A DNA stretch of 61,630 bases, the filler included. It is 6 parts of 6 records of this genome, joined end to end, with 100 filler letters (N's around TTAATTAATTAA, not from the genome) between each part and the next. Parts side by side here need not be neighbours in the genome. Positions count along the whole stretch, not along the records: positions 50,921 to 61,630 come from DRR723986_13850; 5 more parts are not named here. One strand, given 5' to 3'. Position 1 is the stretch's first letter; the number at the start of each line of letters is the position of its first letter. The notes below the pieces were generated by a model, which saw only the letters and a program-made list of their open reading frames with translations, was not told the origin of the DNA and searched no databases. Below, in pieces: positions 54,341-61,630 of this stretch. The position numbers were made by a program, and so were the translations under genes.

Positions 54341-54850
54341 TTAGCTCTCAGCAGCAGTGTCGCGCCGACGCTGGCGACGGCCCAGTTGGCTATATTTGGT
54401 GTGCATGACGTTTACCGCGCCCTGGGGTTTGAAATCCTTGTCAGGGTGCCAGCACACCACTGCCTTACCCTTCAGGTTGACCTCAAAAAGCGTACCCTTC
54501 CACACCGTATATTTGGCCAGTGTTGCGGAATAGCTGGGTTCGTTCACCAATTCGATATAGACCGCCAAACGGTGATCGCGGTTTTGTTCGATCACCGCCA
54601 CCAGCGTATCGGCATCTCTTGAATAGGCGTTCTGTGCGCTCTTGAAAACCAGCCCCCGCACAACATCGATCACGTGCGAGATCACACCGACCTGATCGCC
54701 AAATTGAATGCCGGGGATGGCAGCATAAGCGTCCAGCACATCGTCAATCCAGCCCAGTTGCATCGCCTTATCAAGGCGGCCCGAAAGATCTTTGGCCAAT
54801 TGATCCAACCCGCGGGATTCCAGATTATGTAGCCCTTGAGACTTTGCCAT
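54341..54850 (-). CDS. Hypothetical cytoplasmic protein
   Basis: Long ORF filling the gap, convergent on the DUF4384-like gene; no recognisable motif. Confidence 0.55.
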   Translation of the reverse strand: MAKSQGLHNLESRGLDQLAKDLSGRLDKAMQLGWIDDVLDAYAAIPGIQFGDQVGVISHVIDVVRGLVFKSAQNAYSRDADTLVAVIEQNRDHRLAVYIELVNEPSYSATLAKYTVWKGTLFEVNLKGKAVVCWHPDKDFKPQGAVNVMHTKYSQLGRRQRRRDTAAES

Positions 54851-55076
54851 ATCGTTTCCGGTGCTGCTTATGCGGCCCATTCTAGCACAATCAGCTCAAA
54901 CGACGAAATCCGGCCACATCCGGCTATTGATCACAATCAACTCTCCCGCCTGCCTTGCTTTGTTTTTCCGACAGGCTTAGCATCCACCGGATAACTCCAA
55001 TCGTTTGAGCATCTCACACCGCGCAGCAACATGTGTGGTTTTACTGCTCAAATTCTCAGTGGAAAGCGCTGTTACA

Positions 55077-55781
55077 ATGATTTCAAATAAGTATACCCGC
55101 ATTGCTGTTGGCCTCTTCGCACCTTTTGGTTTGGTCGCGACGCCGGTTTTTGCCAACAACTCTCAATCCTCCTTGCCCTCCAATTTTCAAGACAGGCAGG
55201 CAACCGCGATAGAACTGATTTACCCACGCTATGCACAGGTCGGCGGTCAGCCAATTGAGCCTGAGTATGAAATGGAAGAGGAAGAAGGCGAAGGCCCCAT
55301 CGGGCACGAACCCGAGATTGAGGCAACGGACGCTCAAACCGCGGCCTTTGTTGCACAGATCCAGCAAATCGGAGACATCTGCGAAGCCTCGCCAGAAGAA
55401 TACCAGATCGGTTGTTACGCCGCGATGTACCGCGAACTGGCAGCCGAAATTCCGGCGAATGGTGAATATGATGAGGTTAAGGAAATCCTTGAAGACACAG
55501 CACGTGATCTCACCGCATTGACCCGCGCAAACCGGGACAAGACCAAGCCAAGAGTGCGCGTCAGCGCCACCAAAAGCAGCGGCCAGACAGTGACCACGCC
55601 GCCGATCACCCCCGTCAAGCCAGAGACAATTGTCCCGCTGCGGCAAGCCGCAGTAAATGTGTTGGAGGAGGCTGAAACCAAGCTGCTCCGCTCGGCCAGT
55701 TCAGATGCCAAACGGGCGATCCACTATCAAAAGATTGCGGCGGCAGTTGGATCAAACAAGGTTCTGCTCCGATCCGCGTAG
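55077..55781 (+). CDS. Secreted helical hypothetical protein
   Basis: Signal peptide ending VFA-N; acidic stretch; Cys pair (CEAS...IGCY); followed by a hairpin at 55817-55844. Confidence 0.7.
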   Translation: MISNKYTRIAVGLFAPFGLVATPVFANNSQSSLPSNFQDRQATAIELIYPRYAQVGGQPIEPEYEMEEEEGEGPIGHEPEIEATDAQTAAFVAQIQQIGDICEASPEEYQIGCYAAMYRELAAEIPANGEYDEVKEILEDTARDLTALTRANRDKTKPRVRVSATKSSGQTVTTPPITPVKPETIVPLRQAAVNVLEEAETKLLRSASSDAKRAIHYQKIAAAVGSNKVLLRSA

Positions 55782-55842
55782 GCGGGCCAAAACAATTCGG
55801 ACTTAGTAGATAGGCAAGGGCCGGCCTTCAAAAGGGTCGGCC

Positions 55843-57354
55843 TTACCCGTCTGTCAGGCCATAGGCCGCGCGAATGCTGCGGTTGGTGCCGGGGCCAAAA
55901 TCGCCATCAATGCTGCCCCCGTAAAACGCGTTGTTCTTCAGAAGTTTTTGCAACTCGCGGCGGGTCTCTTCTTTGAACATGGTGGGCCGCTCCAACAACA
56001 GGTTCAGCACATCCTCACTGCCCGACCGCAGCGCCGCATAAAGGTATCCAGCCGCCTCTGGTGGGCCTTTCTTGGCAATCAGTCCGTCGTCAATCAGCGC
56101 TGCAAAATTGAACTGCGCCTCAGGCTGGCGCAAATCTGCGGCTCGTTCAAACAGCTCAAGCGCCTTGGCCGGATCGGCCCGCAGGCCCAAGCCACCTTGA
56201 TAGTACAAGAACCCAAGATCATTGATCGCATCGGCAAAATCCTGATCCGCTGCGGCGCGGTAAAGTTCAAGCGCACGTTTCTCGTCAATCTCGACGCCGA
56301 GGCCCTGTTCAAAGAGTTTGGCCAGTTCCATCTGCGCCTCAGGCGACCCCCGCGCGGCGGCACGTTCCAGAAATTCCACCGCCGCAGCAGGATCAAAACG
56401 CGGATCTTCGGGGTTCAACCGGATATAGGCCAAACCCAGCATGGAGCGCGTATCGCCAAGATCCGCCAGCGCCAAAAGCTGCGATTCCTGATCCGGGCGC
56501 AGCTTGGACCATGCGGTCGCTGGCTCCGCGTTTGAAATATCAGGTTGGCCCTTGTTGTTGCCAGACAAATAGAACGGCGTGCCCGACAGGCTGCCGTAAG
56601 TATGCGGCTCTTGCAGATTGCCGGTTTCGCGCAGAACCGCATCGCGGACCTGGCGGAACATCAGGCTGATCTCCAGTCCCGGTTCTGCCATCTTGTCAAT
56701 CAATGCACGAGCATAGGGGCTGTTGCCACGATTGCCATCAAGCGCGACCTGACCGTCCTTGGCCGCAAAGGCGACCAATGTACCACGGTCCGGGTTTGCC
56801 GCCGCGAGACCACCAACACCGCGCGTGGCCTCGTCCACCGGTTGTTGGTTGGCGGCCTCCGTTTGCGCAAGGCTGATCCCGCCGCCCAAGGGGTTGTTCC
56901 GGCAACTGTCGAGGATCACGATCCGCATTTTGCGGGCGCGCTCCACCACGGACAGCATCTCTTTGAGGGAAATGGACTGCTGCTGCACTTCGTCATTGCT
57001 GCGGGGTCGTGCATCGACGGGAATCAAGAAATTCTCGCCCTGAACTTCGATGCCATGCCCGGCGAAATAGACCAAAGCCAGATCGGCGGTTTCCGACCGA
57101 AACGCAAAATCCCGCATCATTTCGCGCAACTCGGCAGCGGTCTTGTCAAGGCCCAGGGTCACATCAAAACCGATATCGGTCAGGGTTTGCGCCAATGCCT
57201 CAGCATCGTTGCGGGTATTGGTGAGAGGCTCAATCGATTGATACTTGGCCATGCCCAAAACCAGCGCGACCCGATCAGGGCTGGCATTGGCCAGACCAAC
57301 GGTCCCCGCGCAAAACGCCAAAGCCATGAGAAACATGCGCAGCAGAGTATTCAT
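55843..57354 (-). CDS. Secreted caspase-family (C14) peptidase with Sel1 repeats and C-terminal peptidoglycan-binding domain
   Basis: Signal peptide; RVALVLG, YFAGHG, ILDSCRNNP (His/Cys dyad intact); Sel1 repeats (AQMELAKLFEQGLGV, AINDLGFLYYQG); YGGSIDGDFGPGT. Confidence 0.9.
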   Translation of the reverse strand: MNTLLRMFLMALAFCAGTVGLANASPDRVALVLGMAKYQSIEPLTNTRNDAEALAQTLTDIGFDVTLGLDKTAAELREMMRDFAFRSETADLALVYFAGHGIEVQGENFLIPVDARPRSNDEVQQQSISLKEMLSVVERARKMRIVILDSCRNNPLGGGISLAQTEAANQQPVDEATRGVGGLAAANPDRGTLVAFAAKDGQVALDGNRGNSPYARALIDKMAEPGLEISLMFRQVRDAVLRETGNLQEPHTYGSLSGTPFYLSGNNKGQPDISNAEPATAWSKLRPDQESQLLALADLGDTRSMLGLAYIRLNPEDPRFDPAAAVEFLERAAARGSPEAQMELAKLFEQGLGVEIDEKRALELYRAAADQDFADAINDLGFLYYQGGLGLRADPAKALELFERAADLRQPEAQFNFAALIDDGLIAKKGPPEAAGYLYAALRSGSEDVLNLLLERPTMFKEETRRELQKLLKNNAFYGGSIDGDFGPGTNRSIRAAYGLTDG

Positions 57355-57680
57355 AACAAGCCAACTTTCTGAATTTCCCGACGACAGCTTTATCATAGGG
57401 GGATCACTTGACCGCACTATACACCTTTTTTTGAACTGGTGCAGCCACCTGGATAGAGGTGCTCACGGGGCAAGAATACTTGACTCGTAGCCAAATTCGT
57501 CCTCTGCTCAGACCATAGTCCGGGGGGCAGAATGGTGCTTATTCCATCTCTTCAAGCAATTGGATCACGCTGAAACACCGCAGCCGCGCGTATTTTCAAG
57601 GCGCTTTTCGGTGCAATTGTACCGCGCAAATCCCGCTTCTGGGACAGCGATAACAACATTAGATTGAAAGTTGGTCTGCC

Positions 57681-60600
57681 ATGCCCGATGATTTTGATGC
57701 CTCGCTAGAGACCACAGGTTCCGTCGCGATTGGCAGTGCGACAACCGGGGTGATCGAAACCATTGGCGATCAAGATTGGTTCGCCGTTTCCATGCTGGCC
57801 GGTCAAACCTACGAAATCCGCATCGATGGCATCTACAGTGACGATCTCAACACCCTCTTTGATCCCTTTTTGCGGGGGATCTATGACAGCGGCGGCCTGG
57901 CCATTCCTGGTCAAGCTGATGACGAAAGCGACCCTGCAACCCGCAGTGCCAGCTCGACCTATACCGCCGCCTACAGTGGTCAACATTTCATCGCGGCATC
58001 TGCCTATAATCAGGGCACCGGCAGCTATACCCTTTCGGTCAGTGACCTTGGTACCTTTGACGACTATGCTTCCAGCACCCTGACAACCGGCAGTGTATTT
58101 GCCGATGGCTCGGCATATGGCACGTTTGAAGCGCAGGGCGATTCCGATTGGTTTCGCATTGATCTGGTTGAGGGTGTCACCTACCGATTTGAACTGTTCG
58201 GCGATGGTTTCGGCACGTGGGCAACGGCCCCCGCGGTCAGCTTTGGCTTGTTGCGTGGTGCCAATGGTGATGCGATTTCCGGCAGCCTGGATATCGGCGG
58301 CGCCGGCCAATTTCCGGTCTCAACCTTTTTCGAATACACCGCCACCTATTCTGGCGCCCATTATGTTGATGCCTCGGCCTCCGGCTCTGATGTCGGGCGC
58401 TATCAGCTTGATATCACAGATCTGGGATATTTTGATGACTACAGTGACAGCGATTTCGCACCCGGTTTCATAGCCGTAGACGGCAGTACCACTGGAGAAA
58501 TCGAAGCGGACGGCGATGTCGATTGGATCGAGGTCATGCTGACGGCTGGCGAGACCTATGACATCTACGCTTTGGGGTTGGACACGGCTGATGGCACTTT
58601 GGATTTTCCCGTCATCGAAGCCCTAATCGACCCGCTGGGATCAGTTGTCCCATATGCCTTTAACGGCGGTGCATCTGGCGGCAACAGCGCCCTGCGCTAT
58701 CTCGCGACCGCTTCGGGTGTTCATCACATCGCGATTGCATCCTACATCGGCCATACCGGCACCTATACCGTTGAGGTCGACGAAATTGCGATAATTGATG
58801 ACTATGGCAACAACCCGTCAAGCGATGGTCATCTGCCGATCAACGCCGCAGTCGGCGGCGAGATTGAAACCCCTTTCGATCAGGATTTCTTTCATGTCGA
58901 ACTGACCGCTGGCACGATCTATCAGTTTGATCTCAACAGCTTTGGTGTGGTCGATCCCTATATTCGCGGTCTCTATAGCTATGCCTGGAACAACTACTAT
59001 AACCATCCTGACAACCTGATCCCGGGCACGGAAAATGATGATATTGCAGACGGCATTCTGGACAGCCGGATCACCTTTACCGCCCCAACCACCGGGGATT
59101 ATTTCATCTCCGCCGGTGCCTTTTCTTCGACCACCGGGTTTTACTCGCTCAGCCTGCTGACGATCGGGTCTGCGACAGATGATTATGCCAACACCGCCCT
59201 CACCACTGGCGCCTTGACCATTGGCGGGAGTGTAACCGGCACCAACGAAACCGAAGACGATGAGGATTGGTTTGCCGTCACCTTGGACGAAGGGTTTATC
59301 TACACCTTCACCCTGCTTGGCGAAGACAGTTACCTGTCCGATTTCGATCTTCCGGCCTTGCGCGTTTATGCCCCCTCCGGTTTTGAAGCCTTTGGCGTAA
59401 GCGATGAAAACTTCACCTATAATTATGGCCAGATCACATTCACCGCCAATGAATCCGGCACCTTCTATATCGCTGTAGGTGACGATGGCGCACAGAACGG
59501 CACGGGGTATTATCAGCTCAGCGGATCGCTTGTTGGCCCACTGGACGACTTTGCCGGCGACACCAGCACCACCGGCACCTTTAGTCCGGGCGGATTTGAC
59601 AACACCCATGTCACCGGCACCATCGAGACCTTTAACGACACCGATTGGTTCGCGGTCTCGCTGATCCAGGGCAACCTCTACGACATCCACCTCAAGGGAG
59701 AGGAAACCGGCGTCGGAACCCTCGAAGATCCTTTGTTCGTTGGGGTATATAATATCCAAGGGGCCTTCCTTGGTGGCAGTGACGACGACAGCGGCGAAGG
59801 CCTTAACAGTTTCTCCACCTATGAGGCCACCTATACCGGAACCCATTATTTCGCGGTCAGCGCCTCGCCCAGCGAAGGATCGGACACCGGCAGCTATGTG
59901 CTGCAATACGATGACCTTGGCCCTGCCTTTGACACTCCACTGCTGGATGAGACCGTAAACGAAGGGGAAACCTACACCGCCAATCTGACGCTTGAGGATG
60001 TCGGCTTTAGCTCTGACACGGTGATCGATTGGGACGTGACAAGTGTTCTTTTTGCAGGCACCGCCCTGTCACCGGATGACTATATTTTCACCAGCAGTGT
60101 CGATGACACACTGGAAATCTCGGTGCTGGCCGTGGACGATGACCGGATAGAGGACGACGAGACCCTCACCATCGACGCAAGCGGTTATGTGGATTGGGTT
60201 GGTCCGGCGGGCGGCAATGGCGGCGCGACCTATGAAAACGTCAATGGCGAGCAGGTTTTTGGCCAGTTGCAGCGCACCGAGGTTGACCTGTCACTCGACT
60301 TCACCATCAACTCCGCCCCGGAAGGCGCCACCAACGAAATTTTTGATTACCAATTCGACAGCCCCGAGGTGATCGGGAATGTCTTGATCGAATACCTCGA
60401 CGGCAGCGGCGAATCCTTCTCCGTTTTGCCCTTCACCTTTGGCGGGGCACTGACCGGATCTTTGTCGGCCAACGGGGATATCACTGTGACAGACGCCGCC
60501 GCGTCCCCTGGCTCGCGGCTGGTCATTCCGTTCACTGTGATCGACTCGCGCGGCGCCACCACACAAGGCAGCCAGTTCATCACGATGGCAGAGCTGACCG

Positions 60601-61630
60601 ATGATTTCCTGCCCGGCATCGATGCCACCCAATATGGTGATTTGACCCTTGATCTTGCCGCCACAGGCAGCATCGAAACACTTGGAGATCGCGATCGGTT
60701 TTTGGTCTCATTGGAAGCAGAACAAGTCTATTCCCTTTCACTAACCTCGTCGGATCTGGGCAACACCCCCCTACCAAACCCTGAAATCATTGGTCTTTTT
60801 GATCCCCAAGGCTTTTTGGTCGGCGGCACCTCAGATGACGACAGCGGCACCGGAAATAATGCCCAAACCTCCGCCTTCACAGTCGCGGTGGATGGGGTTT
60901 ATGAGGTCGAGGTCGCGGGTTCTGGTGATCTAAGCACCGGAGACTACGCATTGACAGCCACCTCTCTGGGCGCGGTTGATGATTATCTGCCGGGGCTGTT
61001 TGCCACCTCATTTGGGGCCATCACCATTGGCCGAGGGGCAACGGGTCGATTGGAAACCGAAACCGACCGCGACCGGTTCACTGTTGAGCTGACCGCAGGC
61101 CATACCTACGAGCTGAACCTGACCAGCAATGGTATTTCAAATGATCCACTGCTGAACCCTGAACTTTACGGTGTATTTGACCCATTGGGCACATTGGTGG
61201 CGGGCACCACCGATGATGACAGTGGCCTGGGGTCTGATGCCCGTGTCGACATCTTTCGAGTCACCGCAGATGGGCTATATGAAATCGAGGTCGGATCATC
61301 CGGCGACGGCTTTGCGGGCGACTATGCCCTCACCATCGACACAAAAGATGATTTTCTGCCAAGCACCGCCGTGGAAATCCCCCCCTCACGATTTGGGACA
61401 TTGGCACCGGACAGTACTGCCGAGGGTCACATCGACTTTGACGGCGACCGCGACCGATTTACCGTCGATCTGACCGCGGGCGAATTCTATGCACTCTCTG
61501 TGACCGGTACATCCGGCATCAGCGATCCCTCATTGATCGGCGTATTTGACAACGAAGGCGTCATGGTCAGCGGCACGGCGGATGGCGATGACGACCCTGT
61601 CCTCGACGGGATTGTGCCGATCTTTTCGGT
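57681..61630 (+). CDS. Very large acidic surface protein with tandem PPC-like repeats, 3'-truncated
   Basis: ATG 57681 (MPDDFDASLETTG...). The frame reads open at every point checked to the window end and is absent from the ORF track, consistent with no stop. At least nine ~125-aa DD(F/Y)...DxDWF/DRDRF...GxY repeats. Confidence 0.88.
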   Translation, partial: MPDDFDASLETTGSVAIGSATTGVIETIGDQDWFAVSMLAGQTYEIRIDGIYSDDLNTLFDPFLRGIYDSGGLAIPGQADDESDPATRSASSTYTAAYSGQHFIAASAYNQGTGSYTLSVSDLGTFDDYASSTLTTGSVFADGSAYGTFEAQGDSDWFRIDLVEGVTYRFELFGDGFGTWATAPAVSFGLLRGANGDAISGSLDIGGAGQFPVSTFFEYTATYSGAHYVDASASGSDVGRYQLDITDLGYFDDYSDSDFAPGFIAVDGSTTGEIEADGDVDWIEVMLTAGETYDIYALGLDTADGTLDFPVIEALIDPLGSVVPYAFNGGASGGNSALRYLATASGVHHIAIASYIGHTGTYTVEVDEIAIIDDYGNNPSSDGHLPINAAVGGEIETPFDQDFFHVELTAGTIYQFDLNSFGVVDPYIRGLYSYAWNNYYNHPDNLIPGTENDDIADGILDSRITFTAPTTGDYFISAGAFSSTTGFYSLSLLTIGSATDDYANTALTTGALTIGGSVTGTNETEDDEDWFAVTLDEGFIYTFTLLGEDSYLSDFDLPALRVYAPSGFEAFGVSDENFTYNYGQITFTANESGTFYIAVGDDGAQNGTGYYQLSGSLVGPLDDFAGDTSTTGTFSPGGFDNTHVTGTIETFNDTDWFAVSLIQGNLYDIHLKGEETGVGTLEDPLFVGVYNIQGAFLGGSDDDSGEGLNSFSTYEATYTGTHYFAVSASPSEGSDTGSYVLQYDDLGPAFDTPLLDETVNEGETYTANLTLEDVGFSSDTVIDWDVTSVLFAGTALSPDDYIFTSSVDDTLEISVLAVDDDRIEDDETLTIDASGYVDWVGPAGGNGGATYENVNGEQVFGQLQRTEVDLSLDFTINSAPEGATNEIFDYQFDSPEVIGNVLIEYLDGSGESFSVLPFTFGGALTGSLSANGDITVTDAAASPGSRLVIPFTVIDSRGATTQGSQFITMAELTDDFLPGIDATQYGDLTLDLAATGSIETLGDRDRFLVSLEAEQVYSLSLTSSDLGNTPLPNPEIIGLFDPQGFLVGGTSDDDSGTGNNAQTSAFTVAVDGVYEVEVAGSGDLSTGDYALTATSLGAVDDYLPGLFATSFGAITIGRGATGRLETETDRDRFTVELTAGHTYELNLTSNGISNDPLLNPELYGVFDPLGTLVAGTTDDDSGLGSDARVDIFRVTADGLYEIEVGSSGDGFAGDYALTIDTKDDFLPSTAVEIPPSRFGTLAPDSTAEGHIDFDGDRDRFTVDLTAGEFYALSVTGTSGISDPSLIGVFDNEGVMVSGTADGDDDPVLDGIVPIFS

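Overview
This window is not one genomic locus. It is six contigs joined by 100-nt artificial spacers (N44-TTAATTAATTAA-N44) at 9118-9217, 22370-22469, 29867-29966, 35672-35771 and 50821-50920. (1) 1-9117 is an ordinary Betaproteobacteria-like origin region: mnmG-rsmG-parA-parB-atpIBEFHAGD'. (2) 9218-22369 is a Bacteroidota/Kapabacteria-like contig. It holds an FG-GAP surface protein, two tandem propeller paralogs (only one with a T9SS tail), a beta-barrel protein, and an AT-rich pair: a YncD/PqqU-like TonB-dependent receptor plus a PQQ-dependent sugar dehydrogenase. (3) 22470-29866 is a Rhodobacteraceae-like contig with small accessory genes, a RAYT with GTAG REPs and a partial uvrB. (4) 29967-35671 is a second Rhodobacteraceae-like uvrB locus. 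(5) 35772-50820 is a Bacteroidota/Kapabacteria-like contig with an S8 protease (T9SS tail), TRAP dctQM, an Acs-like protein lacking the catalytic lysine, GT9, an MsbA-like ABC transporter, tRNA-Ser and a lipoprotein. (6) 50921-61630 is a Rhodobacteraceae-like contig with an ExbB-ExbD-ExbD motor whose TonB-position partner ends in a DUF4384-like domain, a secreted caspase-Sel1-peptidoglycan-binding protein, and a >1300-aa PPC-repeat ORF missed by the ORF track. The best candidates for an undescribed system are the Ton-like motor/DUF4384/caspase/PPC cluster and the intact but apparently catalytically degenerate Acs. All family and taxonomic assignments come from recognising motifs by eye, not from database searches.
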